This document shows positions 19,033-29,422 of a stretch of DNA of 64,000 bases, one piece after another. The stretch is from Candidatus Kaiserbacteria bacterium. GTDB taxonomy: Bacteria; Patescibacteriota; Minisyncoccia; Phycocordibacterales; Phycocordibacteraceae. Position numbers and translations under genes: made by a program. The notes under the pieces were generated by a model. The model worked only from the letters and a program-made list of their open reading frames with translations. It did not search any database and had not been told where the DNA came from. The stretch lies in the NCBI GenBank assembly GCA_963813065.1, contig CAWEXP010000006.1, positions 55,779 to 119,778 on the forward strand, in the 5' to 3' direction. Within the stretch, counting starts at the first letter, position 1; the number at the start of each line of letters is the position of its first letter.

Positions 19033-20400
19033 ATGGCAGGGAAATGGCTCGAGCGATTTTTCGAGGCACCGGCCCGCGCGCTCGAGAGCGGCATCGAGTC
19101 GACCGAGCGAGCAGGAAAGGCCGTCATCAATAAAAAGCCTTTTAAGTTGGCAGAAGAATATTGGCACACGCTCGGCCCTGGCCTCACCACCGGCGCTGCC
19201 GACGACGACCCCTCGGGCATCGCGACGTACTCGCAGACCGGCGCCGGCTACGGCTTTTCGCTCCTCTGGCTCGCCGCATGGACCTTCCCGCTCATGGCGA
19301 TCGTGCAGGAAATGTGTGCGCGGATCGGTTTCGTCACCGGCCACGGTCTCGCGGCAAATATTAAAGAGCATTATTCGCGACCAGTGCTCTATGGCATCAC
19401 CGCGCTCCTCTTCGCGGCCAACACCTTCAACATTGGTGCCGACCTCGGCGCGATGGCGCAGGGCGTCCAACTCCTTGTACCGCGAGTCAATGTGCCATTC
19501 CTCATCATCTCGCTCGCCGGTTTCAGCCTTCTCTTACAGATTTTCACCACCTACGCGCGCTATGCGAAATATTTGAAATATCTCGCGCTCGTCCTCTTCG
19601 CGTACGTTTTTTCGGCATTCCTCTCGCATCTCGACTGGTCGACCGTGCTCCTGCACGCATTCATCCCTTCGTTCCACTTCACGCGCGATCAAATCTATCT
19701 CATCTGCGGTATCTTGGGTACGACCATTTCGCCCTATCTCTTCTTCTGGCAGACGTCGCAAGAAGTTGAGGAGCAGAACCTGCATGCGCCTGAAGAGACC
19801 GGTTGGCACCAGCATCCGACGCACAAGGAAATGCGGCACTTGAAGACCGACATCTGGAGCGGCATGTTCTTCTCGAACGCGGCAATGTTCTTCATCATCG
19901 CGGCCTGTGCCGGCACGCTCTATGCGCACGGCATCACCAATATCGCGACTGCCGCCGACGCCGCCGCGGCCCTGCGACCTTTGGCTGGCAACGCCGCCTT
20001 CTTCCTCTTCGCGGTCGGCATCATCGGCGTCGGCCTCCTCGCTATCCCCGTGCTCGCCGGCTCGACCTCCTATGCGCTCTCCGAGAGTTTCGGCTGGCCG
20101 CACGGTCTCTATCGCAAATTGAAGGAGGCATACGCGTTCTACGGCATCATCATCATCTCGATGGCGCTCGGTATCGCAATGAACTTCATCGGGCTAAATC
20201 CAATCAAGGCTCTTATTTATTCTGCCGTCGCAAACGGTATTGTCGCACCCTTCGTGCTTGTGCTCATTGTGCAGATGAGTAGCAATACACACATCATGCA
20301 GGAACACGTGAACGGTCGTTCGGCGAAAATCTTTGGTTGGCTCACGGTACTTATCATGGCGGTCGCGGGCATCGCCACGATTGGCTCATTCTTTATATAA
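19033..20400 (+). CDS. NRAMP-family divalent metal transporter
   Basis: GPGLTTGAADDDPSGIATYSQ, GTTISPYLFFWQ, many TMs. Confidence 0.9.
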   Translation: MAGKWLERFFEAPARALESGIESTERAGKAVINKKPFKLAEEYWHTLGPGLTTGAADDDPSGIATYSQTGAGYGFSLLWLAAWTFPLMAIVQEMCARIGFVTGHGLAANIKEHYSRPVLYGITALLFAANTFNIGADLGAMAQGVQLLVPRVNVPFLIISLAGFSLLLQIFTTYARYAKYLKYLALVLFAYVFSAFLSHLDWSTVLLHAFIPSFHFTRDQIYLICGILGTTISPYLFFWQTSQEVEEQNLHAPEETGWHQHPTHKEMRHLKTDIWSGMFFSNAAMFFIIAACAGTLYAHGITNIATAADAAAALRPLAGNAAFFLFAVGIIGVGLLAIPVLAGSTSYALSESFGWPHGLYRKLKEAYAFYGIIIISMALGIAMNFIGLNPIKALIYSAVANGIVAPFVLVLIVQMSSNTHIMQEHVNGRSAKIFGWLTVLIMAVAGIATIGSFFI

Positions 20401-20439
20401 AAAAGCCGCCTCATGCGAGGCGGTCATGCTGGCGAATGT

Positions 20440-20769
20440 TTAGTCGGATCCGGTGGTCCTTTCGATGGCGGCCTGAAACTCGTCGGTCGTACAGATTTTG
20501 TACTGTTCGAAAGCCACCCGATAGTTCCACCACCCATCAAAACGATCTCCCCAGATAAACTTGAGCGCTTTCTTGTAATCGGCCTCGTTATCGAAGCCTG
20601 GTTTCCCCTCGCTGACACCAATGCGGAGTCCGCGAGAAATTAAGAAAGCCTTCTGCTCGGCCATCTGGAGGACATCGCCATCCAGAAAGTGCCTGAGCGT
20701 TTTATCGACCTTACGCGTTTGGTCGAGGAGATCCAAGGCGATCAGTGTTGCATGAGAACTTTTATTCAT
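20440..20769 (-). CDS. Hypothetical protein
   Basis: ATG 20769, GGGAG upstream, terminator-like hairpin downstream. Confidence 0.5.
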   Translation of the reverse strand: MNKSSHATLIALDLLDQTRKVDKTLRHFLDGDVLQMAEQKAFLISRGLRIGVSEGKPGFDNEADYKKALKFIWGDRFDGWWNYRVAFEQYKICTTDEFQAAIERTTGSD

Positions 20770-20842
20770 CTCGAATACTCCCAGTAGCGGATGCTCCCAA
20801 TGCGGCATCTGTCATTAGAATACGCCGATAATATTCGGTGTC

Positions 20843-21069
20843 AAGCCGCGCGGCTCCGGAGCCAATCCATCACTTTCTTGCGGTGAATATCGAGACGACC
20901 AGGCTTTCGGCGACTTGAAGAGGGCGCTGTGTGCATGGCGGAACTCCTCGAGGAGTTCTGCCGAGGCACGAGGGAAGGCGGCCGGAAGATGCTCGTTGTA
21001 TTCCTGGAGGAATTCAGCAAGTGAGCGGGTTTTCTCGCTCCGCGCACGATCGAGGTCCGGCGTTCTCAT
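20843..21069 (-). CDS. Small hypothetical protein, probable frameshift near 20900
   Basis: MRTPDLDRARSEKTRSLAEFLQEYN...W continues as LDIHRKKVMDWL in another frame. Confidence 0.55.
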
Positions 21070-21112
21070 CTCTTGAATATACCATAAACTCGAAAAAATG
21101 TCATCTGTTGCG

Positions 21113-22342
21113 TTATTGATTCAACACTGCGCGGGTTGCGGGCCCGACGCTACCAACCTGGGCAATGCCATGCGCCGCTTGGAACTTCTTCACGCCCACA
21201 GCGGTCAGGGCGCCGAAGTAGCCGGTCAGGGGGCCATTGTAGAAACCGAGCGCAGTGAGGCGTTTTTGCAATTCGAGCACGGCCGCAGTGCGCGAGCCGA
21301 TCCCGAGCGCTGTAGTGAAGTGGTAGGCGAGCGCGGTGGTTGTTGGAGGAGTTGCGGTTGTCGTGGCGGTCGTCACTGCGGTTGGTGCGATTGCTGGAGC
21401 AACGACGGTTGTGGTGGGAGTCGCGGGTGCGGCCACAACCCAGATGCTCGCGGTGCTCGACGCAGAATTCCCATACGTGTCGGCGGCTGTAATGGTGATG
21501 AGGTGTGATCCGAGGTCGGCGACTGAGGGTGTCCAGTTGAACATGCCCGAGGAATTGAGTGTGCGTGCCGAGATGGTTGTAGTGCCGGCGAAGGAATCCG
21601 CAATGCTATACGTTGAACTCGCCAATCCGGAGACGCGAGTGATGAAGGAGATTGGGGAGCCAGTGGGCGCGCTCGGCGCGAGAGGCGGGATAGAAACCTG
21701 CGGATGAATAACGGTCACCTGTACGAAGGTTTGTGCGCTGTGCCCGTACGCGTCCGTAGCGCGGACGGTGAGCGAGTGCGCGCCGAGGTCGTCGATGCTT
21801 GGTTTCCATGAGAAGGCGCCAGAGGAATTTATGTTGCCCGGTGTGAGCGTTGTTGCGGCCGAAGAATCATAGACACTGAAGTAGGGAGTGGTGAATCCGG
21901 GTGCCGTGACCGTGAAGGTGAATGGATGCATGGTAGAGACAAACGGTCCGGGCGCGATATTGGTCACGAGTACATTGTTGCTCGCGACGAGAATGTTGAC
22001 GGTCGTCGAGGCCATATCCTTCGCCACGTCGTTGACCGATACCATAATGGTATGCAGGCCAGCATCGTAGATGCCCGGTGTCCAGCTATAATTGCCTGCC
22101 TTATCGATGTTCCCCGTCGTCGCGCCAGAGGCACTGAAGGCATCGCTGAGGGTATAGACCGGATCGCTAAAGCCGCTCGCCGATGCGATGAAGCTAACGG
22201 TTGCGCCTGGAGTAATGGCTCCGGTGGGCCAGAGTCCTTCTATTTGGACTGATGCCGCCAGCGCCGTTGAGGCACCAACCATCAACAGAGCGCCAGTAAT
22301 GCACGAACCACATATGATACGAAAAGAAAGTTTTGGATTCAT
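21113..22342 (-). CDS. Secreted protein with three Ig/cadherin-like repeats and C-terminal peptidoglycan-binding domain
   Basis: Repeated G.FSW.P...DLG.H.(L/I)T; Thr/Pro linker; LQKRL..LG..GYFGALT..GVKKFQ..G.VGPATRAVLN. Confidence 0.85.
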   Translation of the reverse strand: MNPKLSFRIICGSCITGALLMVGASTALAASVQIEGLWPTGAITPGATVSFIASASGFSDPVYTLSDAFSASGATTGNIDKAGNYSWTPGIYDAGLHTIMVSVNDVAKDMASTTVNILVASNNVLVTNIAPGPFVSTMHPFTFTVTAPGFTTPYFSVYDSSAATTLTPGNINSSGAFSWKPSIDDLGAHSLTVRATDAYGHSAQTFVQVTVIHPQVSIPPLAPSAPTGSPISFITRVSGLASSTYSIADSFAGTTTISARTLNSSGMFNWTPSVADLGSHLITITAADTYGNSASSTASIWVVAAPATPTTTVVAPAIAPTAVTTATTTATPPTTTALAYHFTTALGIGSRTAAVLELQKRLTALGFYNGPLTGYFGALTAVGVKKFQAAHGIAQVGSVGPATRAVLNQ

Positions 22343-22410
22343 AGTTTTACTATATCATTTGCTGAAGTTGTGCTATAAGGACGCCGGAATAGATTCGGGA
22401 GGAATCAGCC

Positions 22411-23082
22411 ATGCGCCTCACCAGCGTCGTTCTGTGTCTTCTACTAGCCGTGCCCGCATCGGCAGGTTCTGCGCCGATTAATGCCGTACATACCAGCACG
22501 CCCTGCGTCGCACTCACGTTCGACGATGGACCCGACAGAGTACAGACGCCGCGATTACTCGCCATTCTCGAGCAGAGGCATATCTCGGCGACGTTCTTCG
22601 TCATCGGGACACGCGTGACTGCGCACCCAGAAATTGTGCGACGAGCGCATGACGACGGTGATGAAGTCGGGAACCATTCGTGGAACCATCCGTTCTTCAC
22701 GCTTATCGCGAGTCGAGATGTGCGTTGGCAAATTCATCGCACCGATACGGCAATCAACTCTGCGACGGGCAGTATGCCGGTGCTTCTCCGTGCGCCGTAC
22801 GGCTCGTTGAGTCACCGTGTGCTCGGTCTCGAGAAGCGTTCGTTTATCGGATGGAACGTTGATACGCTCGACTGGCATCACCACGATACGGCGTGGATTG
22901 TGCAGTCGCTAGATGCGGTGCACGATGGTTCGATTATCATCATGCACGACACGCATGCCACAACCATCGATGCAGTGCCCGAGGTCATCGATCGTTTGAT
23001 TGCCCGTGGATTTTTCTTCGGGACGGTGTCAGAGCTCAGAGCGGGTACGTGCCCCATGCCCGATATCATTCCGGGAACATAG
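22411..23082 (+). CDS. Polysaccharide deacetylase (CE4/NodB)
   Basis: LTFDDGP, HSWNHP, RAPYG, DTLDW, IMHD. Confidence 0.93.
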   Translation: MRLTSVVLCLLLAVPASAGSAPINAVHTSTPCVALTFDDGPDRVQTPRLLAILEQRHISATFFVIGTRVTAHPEIVRRAHDDGDEVGNHSWNHPFFTLIASRDVRWQIHRTDTAINSATGSMPVLLRAPYGSLSHRVLGLEKRSFIGWNVDTLDWHHHDTAWIVQSLDAVHDGSIIIMHDTHATTIDAVPEVIDRLIARGFFFGTVSELRAGTCPMPDIIPGT

Positions 23083-23112
23083 TTCCGCCGCGGCTCCTGC
23101 CGCGGCGGTTTT

Positions 23113-24135
23113 TCATTTTTGCAATACGCTATAGACACTCGGGAGCTCGAGGCCGAGCGCCCATGCGGAGAAGCCGTAGAGCCCCTCTTTTTTAATTAAT
23201 GCCATTTTATCTGCCAAGCTTCGCGCGTTTTCGTACCATATCGAAAATTCTTGGGCATGGCTCCAATAGACGAGGTACGGTTCGTGTTCGGTCGCACTGT
23301 AGTAGTAGCTCACTTTGTGTTTCTTGATGACATTCTCGATGCCTTGATTACCGCCAATGCCAACGCGTTTGCCCGCCGCATTGTTCCATTGCCAGTAGTA
23401 GAGCCCGATGCCGAGTGATATTTTCTGCGCAGGGATATGGGCGAGGCTGTAGGCGAGGACTTTCTGATACCAATCATATTCTGCAACGGGACCCTTCGAC
23501 TCGGGGTCGTCATAGGCCATGACGCTGACAAAATCGGTGCTCGAAGCGAGCGCGCCGTAGTCGTACACACCCGCAAGGTCTTGCCAGAGCGTGCCCTGAT
23601 ACTCAATCGGCATGTCCGAGATCTTGGCGACGACCGCCACACTGAGAACGAGACCATTCGCTCGCAGTACCGTGTCCAGATTCTGGACGAATGTGGAAAA
23701 TTTGTCTCGATAGGACGCATCCATCTGCTCGAAGTCGATCTGCCAGCCCCAGTAGCCTTGTTTCTTTGCTTCCTGCACGAGCGAGCTGATGGCCGCCGCT
23801 TGCGTGGTCGATGAATCGAGCAGGTTCTGGTACGCGGTCTGCCCAAAGTCGTCGTTGGTCACCAGGGGCATGACCTTGATGTGGTGTTTCGCCGCGAAGG
23901 TGAGGAGGGCAGGATCAACACTCCCAACCAGCGCACCGGTCCCCTGGAGTGCATACGATTGTGGCGCGAAAATATCAATGGAACTCGGATGCGCGAAGAA
24001 AGACTTCCGCGCCAGCGTTCCTTCGCGATAATAAAAGAGACGCACCGGAGCCGCCGCATGTGCTGAGTATGCTCCCATACCGAGCGAGATGCCGATACCG
24101 AGAGAAAGGAGTAGTGTGCGAGCGGCAGGAGACAT
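23113..24135 (-). CDS. Glycoside hydrolase family 18 (YaaH/SleL-like)
   Basis: GWQIDFEQ, VMAYDD, WYENARSL, SAWALG; signal peptide. Confidence 0.85.
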   Translation of the reverse strand: MSPAARTLLLSLGIGISLGMGAYSAHAAAPVRLFYYREGTLARKSFFAHPSSIDIFAPQSYALQGTGALVGSVDPALLTFAAKHHIKVMPLVTNDDFGQTAYQNLLDSSTTQAAAISSLVQEAKKQGYWGWQIDFEQMDASYRDKFSTFVQNLDTVLRANGLVLSVAVVAKISDMPIEYQGTLWQDLAGVYDYGALASSTDFVSVMAYDDPESKGPVAEYDWYQKVLAYSLAHIPAQKISLGIGLYYWQWNNAAGKRVGIGGNQGIENVIKKHKVSYYYSATEHEPYLVYWSHAQEFSIWYENARSLADKMALIKKEGLYGFSAWALGLELPSVYSVLQK

Positions 24136-24137
24136 GG

Positions 24138-24884
24138 TCAGCGTTTAATTTTTTCTAAGAGCATTTCGTAATCTCTCGTGGTGACATGCCAGTCGCCCGG
24201 CTCGAGCGGATTGTCGAGATCGGTCAGGACGAGGAAGATGGAGAACGCGAGGCCCGCGATGCTGGCGGTGAAGAGGAAGGCGAGTCCGGGATCGCGAATC
24301 CCAATGAACATCGAGAGTCCGATGAGCAGGAATGCCGAAAACTGGAGTGTGTTCTTCAAGAGGTGCGGCATGCGTTGGCGACTGTACTCGAGCCGTGAGG
24401 AGCGGTGGTCGAGAATATCAGAGAGGAGGGCGAAGGAGGTCGGCATGAGTTGTGGTGCCTCGTCGAAGATGTCGTAAATGCTCGTATTCAAGTCGGCGAT
24501 GACCTCCTCGAGCTTGGTACTGCGCTCGCCTTTCTTGCTGTGGGTCCAGCCCTCGTGAATGATGAGTTCGAGATAGCGTGTGATCTGCGCATGAATCCGG
24601 TCGCGAATCTTCTCGGGGAAGTGGCTCGACCAGAGATAGAGCTTGTCGAGACCGTCGACTTCGCCGCGCACCGCTTCGGTCAAAGAGTCCCACTTGCCCC
24701 ATTCCTTCTGAATCGCGAATGCCGCGAGGATGGAGAAGATGGTGCCCACCGTTGCGTAGAGCCAGGGCACGCCGTCGATGTTCGCCAGCAAGACGCGCAG
24801 GTCATACTCCGAGCTTGAGCGGACGAGATAGAACACGCCGGAGAAGACGACGAGGAAGGGGATGAGTTTCTTGATGAGTCCCAT
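24138..24884 (-). CDS. DUF4239/bestrophin-like membrane protein
   Basis: GTIFSILAAF...W and DLDNP..G motifs, 4 TMs. Confidence 0.65.
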   Translation of the reverse strand: MGLIKKLIPFLVVFSGVFYLVRSSSEYDLRVLLANIDGVPWLYATVGTIFSILAAFAIQKEWGKWDSLTEAVRGEVDGLDKLYLWSSHFPEKIRDRIHAQITRYLELIIHEGWTHSKKGERSTKLEEVIADLNTSIYDIFDEAPQLMPTSFALLSDILDHRSSRLEYSRQRMPHLLKNTLQFSAFLLIGLSMFIGIRDPGLAFLFTASIAGLAFSIFLVLTDLDNPLEPGDWHVTTRDYEMLLEKIKR

Positions 24885-24940
24885 ACTTTGATTATACGCT
24901 GAACGTAACCATATATTCTCGAGCCTCGTTATCACTGGGT

Positions 24941-25753
24941 ATGAAAACTATTGCCATCATCGGTCGGGGATATGTCGGGCGCGCACTCGAAGAATTTTTC
25001 AAAGATAAGTTTAACGTCGTCATTTACGACCCACCGCAGGGTTTTAAAGATAAAAAAGCGGTGAACAAGGCTGACCTCGCCGTCGTCTCGGTCCCGACCG
25101 TGATGCGGAAAGAGGGGACGGCTGATCTCTCGGTCGTCGAAGAGACCTTCTCCTGGCTCACCACGCCGCTCGTCGTGCTCAAGAGCACGGTGCTCCCGGG
25201 AACGACCGCTCTCTTGGTGAAGAAATATAAGATGGCGGATCGACTCGTCTTCTCGCCCGAGTTCATCGGCGAGGGCGGATATCCGGTCCCGCACTGGGAG
25301 GGTGTCCCGCATGCGACCGACATGAAGCTCCACAAAGCGTTCATCTTCGGCGGCACGCGGAGCGCGGTGGAGCGTGTCATCCCATTCTTCGCGCGCGTGC
25401 GTGGGCCATTTGGCGAGTATCACATCACCGACAGCACCACTGCGGAGTTGATGAAATATATGGAGAATGCATGGATCGCCGCGAAGGTCACCTTCTGCAA
25501 TGAGTTCTACAATATTGCCGAGGCGTATGGCGTGTCCTACGACGAACTCCGCGAACTCTGGCTCACCGACGGCCGCGTCGGTCGTTCACACACGCTCGTG
25601 TATCCGGATAAGCGCGGCTTTGATGGCAAGTGCATTCCCAAAGATACAACCGCCATTTACCTCGCCACGAAGAAACAGGGCTACAACGCGACCTTCCTTG
25701 ACGCCATCTTGCGGAAGAACGCCACATTGCGCAAAGAAAAAATCCCGTATTAA
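24941..25753 (+). CDS. UDP-glucose/GDP-mannose dehydrogenase family protein (no C-terminal domain)
   Basis: GRGYVG, KSTVLPGTT, FSPEF, KYMENAW, GFDGKCIPKD. Confidence 0.88.
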   Translation: MKTIAIIGRGYVGRALEEFFKDKFNVVIYDPPQGFKDKKAVNKADLAVVSVPTVMRKEGTADLSVVEETFSWLTTPLVVLKSTVLPGTTALLVKKYKMADRLVFSPEFIGEGGYPVPHWEGVPHATDMKLHKAFIFGGTRSAVERVIPFFARVRGPFGEYHITDSTTAELMKYMENAWIAAKVTFCNEFYNIAEAYGVSYDELRELWLTDGRVGRSHTLVYPDKRGFDGKCIPKDTTAIYLATKKQGYNATFLDAILRKNATLRKEKIPY

Positions 25754-25820
25754 CGGCACACCAGCCCGTGCTATCATAGGCTCGTACGTGCGGTGCGTTT
25801 AAAAAATAATATATCGAGTT

Positions 25821-26048
25821 ATGAAGACGATGACCTGCGCACAGATGGGCGGCCCCTGCGACACTGCGATCACCGCCGAGACCGAAGACGAAATGATGGC
25901 GAAGGGCATGGCACACCTCGAGAGCGCGCATCCCGAGATGGCCGCCAAAGTGAAGGCGACGCCAAAGGATGATCCGATGATGGTCGCGTGGGGCGAAAAG
26001 TTCCATGCGGACTGGGCCGCGGCTCCGGAAGTGCCGGCTGCGGTTTAG
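25821..26048 (+). CDS. DUF1059-like small metal-binding protein
   Basis: [11 protein letters not shown]...H...H pattern. Confidence 0.7.
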   Translation: MKTMTCAQMGGPCDTAITAETEDEMMAKGMAHLESAHPEMAAKVKATPKDDPMMVAWGEKFHADWAAAPEVPAAV

Positions 26049-26130
26049 ACATCTCACGAGAGGAGGAAAACGCCCGTTCGGGCGTTTTCGCGTTTACAGA
26101 AACGGTTGGCACCGTGATACCATAAGCCCC

Positions 26131-26469
26131 ATGAATGAATCCATTTTGGTGGTCACCACCAACGACGTGCCGGGCTACGAGGTGGTGAAGGTCTACGGCG
26201 AGGTTTTCGGCTTGCTGGTGCGGAGTCGCAATCTCGTGAGCAATATCGGCGCGGGCTTGAAGGCGATTATTGGTGGCGAGATAGGCGGCTATACCAAGCT
26301 CCTGAGCGACAGTCGCATCGAGGCAATCGAGCGGATGAAGCAGGCGGCGGCCGAGAAGGGCGCGAACGCAGTCCTGATGATGCGCTTCGACACGGGCGAC
26401 ATCGGCGCGTCGATGAACGAAGTTGCCGCGTACGGCACCGCGGTCACCATCCGCCCCCTCGCACACTAA
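26131..26469 (+). CDS. YbjQ/UPF0145 family protein
   Basis: [28 protein letters not shown]. Confidence 0.9.
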   Translation: MNESILVVTTNDVPGYEVVKVYGEVFGLLVRSRNLVSNIGAGLKAIIGGEIGGYTKLLSDSRIEAIERMKQAAAEKGANAVLMMRFDTGDIGASMNEVAAYGTAVTIRPLAH

Positions 26470-26591
26470 TGGCTGACCACGACGATTTCAAAACGCATAT
26501 CAAAGAGCCGCGTTGGCAACAGGTGGTGAGCATCCTCATTGTCCTCGTCGTTTTCGCCGTGTGGCTCTGGCTCGCTGTGCATCGGGGATAA
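26469..26591 (+). CDS. 40-aa single-TM protein
   Basis: Hand translation [40 protein letters not shown]; TAATG coupling with upstream gene. Confidence 0.55.
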   Translation: MADHDDFKTHIKEPRWQQVVSILIVLVVFAVWLWLAVHRG

Positions 26592-26907
26592 TTTTTCAAA
26601 GAAGCAAGAGCTTCTGGAGTAGGAAAAAGAAAAAAGCCGCTCACGTTCGCCAGCCGGCGGACTACAACCAACTCCTTACATTTATTCCTAGTTTTCCAAA
26701 CTCTGCTCCCGGAACATCACCTCCATATACCGTCTCTTTTCAATAGGGAATACATGGAAAATATGGCTCACCAATTGAGGGTTATTCGATTGATGGAAAG
26801 AACGGATGGTGAAGTTAAATGCGTTTAAATACCTTGAGTTCGGCGACTCCTTCATTCCGTGAGACTAATATAACTTGCTGGCGAATGGGTGTTAGAATAG
26901 GCCAATC

Positions 26908-29418
26908 ATGGGCCAAATATCGAAAAAACGGGACAATAAAGACATTTCTCTCGAGCAGTACCAACATACAACTGTGAAGCGGGCCAATAATCCGCAAGTC
27001 GGACTCGTTAGCGGTACCTTGGATTCAAAGCCGAAAAAGAAAACATACCAACATGACCCGTATATTGATCCAACATTGTCTTGGGCGGGTAAGGCCGAAG
27101 GTGCTTCGTTTGGTGTTGATACTGTCTCGCTTCATATCCACGAACGGATAGATCCAAAAAGAATAATAAAACAAGTCCTAAAAAAGACTGAAGAAACAGT
27201 TAAATTGCAGCCATCACTTTTTGAACAACCGAGCGAAAATTTGAATACAGAAAAAGAGTTTGATTTTTATGGCCACACCAAAAACTGGTCAAATCGTCTT
27301 ATCGCCGGAGACAGCTTGCTCGTCATGAACTCTCTTCTGGAAAAAGAGAAAATGGCTGGGAAAGTACAGATGATTTATATAGATCCCCCGTATGGGATTA
27401 AATACAACTCAAACTTTCAACCTTTCACAAATAAGAGAGACGTGAAAGACAGGGACGACGACAGCATTCCTGCTGAACCAGAGATGATTAAAGCGTTTCG
27501 AGACACGTGGGAGCTTGGCATCCACAGCTACCTCACATATTTGCGAGATCGTTTACAGCTTTCGCACGACTTGCTGCATGAAAGCGGTAGTATTTTCTTG
27601 CAGATCTCCGACGAGAACGTACACCACATTAGAGAGTTGCTAGATGAGATTTTCGGGATGGAAAACTTTGTGGCGCAGATCAACTTCCGTAGCATGTCCC
27701 CGCTCGGTCAGTCTGGGATGGCGAGGGTCTACGATTACATACTCTGGTACGCCCGCGACAAGAAGAAAATGAAATACCGATCTATTTTTATAAACAGAGA
27801 AATCGAGGAGGAGCCCGAATTTTGCTATCTCGATACTGGCGATGGTTTGTATAAGAAGTTGAACCGCGAGGAAATAGCGGCTTTGCCTGCCGATCAAAGA
27901 AAAAAGATCTTCAAGAGGTCAACCCTCACGTCTTCTGGCTACACGCCCTCTTGCACCTATCCTTTCGAGTTGGGTGGGAAGGAATATCGTCCGCTTAGTG
28001 GGAAAAGTTGGCGAACTCATCCGGAGGGAATGAAGAAACTGATTGCCAAGCACCGCATCTTTGTACTCGGCCAGAATCCGTACTTCAAGCAGTACCACTC
28101 TGATTTTCCGTTCGTGCAACTCGAAAACGGATGGAAGGATACGGCCGCAGGATTTAGTGATCAGAAAATATATGTTGTGCAGACAAACAATAAAGTGATC
28201 GAGCGATGTGTTCTGATGGTCACGGATCCAGGAGATTTGGTCCTGGACCCGACTTGTGGCTCTGGCACGACAGCGTATGTAGCAGAACAGTGGGGTCGTC
28301 GTTGGATCATGTGCGATACTTCCCGTGTGGCAATCCAACTTGCAAAACAACGGTTGATGACCAGTCAATTTGATTATTACGAAATGGCACAACAAGAAGA
28401 AGGTGTCTCGTCTGGATTTAAATATAAAACCGTTCCACACACCACACTTGGAAGTGTTGCGAACAACGAACTAACCAAAGAAGAGACTCTCTATAATCAG
28501 CCATTTGTCATAAGAGATAAAGTTCGGGTGACTGGACCATTCACAGTAGAGGCCGTTCCGGGCATCCGCACCAAGCCAATTGAAGGAAATCTCCCGGATG
28601 TATCTGACAAAACAAATCCAACGAATCCGATTTCCGAGAAATTGAACGACTACCTCGATAGCATTCGTGCTTCAGGCATTCGCTCATACCACAATGAAGG
28701 AATTACATTCAACAGCGTAGAAGTTTCCGAAGGATTTAATGAAATTCATGCATTTGGAAATATTGATAGCAATGGGGAATATAAAAAGTGTGCAATAGTC
28801 TTTGGCCCTGATTATGCTCCCATGGAACAGACCCAAATTGAGCGAACAATGGACGAAATTAGAAATATGGCTGAGAAACCAAACATGGTCATCTTTTGTT
28901 CGTATGCTTTTGACCCCGAAGCATCAAAGGATGTTGATAACATAAAAATATCCGGTCTCCAGATTTTGAAAGCTCAAATGAATACGGACTTGCTCACTAA
29001 AGATTTAAAGAAAAAAGCAAACGCAGACAGACCATTTTGGCTCATTGGGGAACCAGATATTGAAATCAATAAAACCAAAGAAGGGAAATTCCAAGTGGAG
29101 GTGAAGGGATTCGATTACTATGATCCTCGTACCCAGGAGCTCAAGGGTGGCAGTACAGACAAAATTGCTGTCTGGATGATTGATACAGATTACGACAATA
29201 GATCCCTATTCCCCTCACAGATATTTTTCCCAATGCAAGATCAGAAAAGAGATTGGACTAAACTTGCAAAAGCGTTAAATGGGAGTGTAGACGAAGAGTT
29301 ATTGGAGCAATATACTGGCACAACATCAATACCTTTCGCATCAGGCGATAAACGAACCATAGCGGTAAAAATAGTCGATGACCGCGGTGTTGAGATGTTA
29401 GTGGTCAAGAAAATATAG
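26908..29418 (+). CDS. mod: Type III RM N6-adenine methyltransferase (Mod)
   Basis: IYIDPPYG motif IV before DPTCGSGTT motif I (beta class); followed by Res. Confidence 0.9.
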   Translation: MGQISKKRDNKDISLEQYQHTTVKRANNPQVGLVSGTLDSKPKKKTYQHDPYIDPTLSWAGKAEGASFGVDTVSLHIHERIDPKRIIKQVLKKTEETVKLQPSLFEQPSENLNTEKEFDFYGHTKNWSNRLIAGDSLLVMNSLLEKEKMAGKVQMIYIDPPYGIKYNSNFQPFTNKRDVKDRDDDSIPAEPEMIKAFRDTWELGIHSYLTYLRDRLQLSHDLLHESGSIFLQISDENVHHIRELLDEIFGMENFVAQINFRSMSPLGQSGMARVYDYILWYARDKKKMKYRSIFINREIEEEPEFCYLDTGDGLYKKLNREEIAALPADQRKKIFKRSTLTSSGYTPSCTYPFELGGKEYRPLSGKSWRTHPEGMKKLIAKHRIFVLGQNPYFKQYHSDFPFVQLENGWKDTAAGFSDQKIYVVQTNNKVIERCVLMVTDPGDLVLDPTCGSGTTAYVAEQWGRRWIMCDTSRVAIQLAKQRLMTSQFDYYEMAQQEEGVSSGFKYKTVPHTTLGSVANNELTKEETLYNQPFVIRDKVRVTGPFTVEAVPGIRTKPIEGNLPDVSDKTNPTNPISEKLNDYLDSIRASGIRSYHNEGITFNSVEVSEGFNEIHAFGNIDSNGEYKKCAIVFGPDYAPMEQTQIERTMDEIRNMAEKPNMVIFCSYAFDPEASKDVDNIKISGLQILKAQMNTDLLTKDLKKKANADRPFWLIGEPDIEINKTKEGKFQVEVKGFDYYDPRTQELKGGSTDKIAVWMIDTDYDNRSLFPSQIFFPMQDQKRDWTKLAKALNGSVDEELLEQYTGTTSIPFASGDKRTIAVKIVDDRGVEMLVVKKI

Positions 29419-29422
29419 GTGT

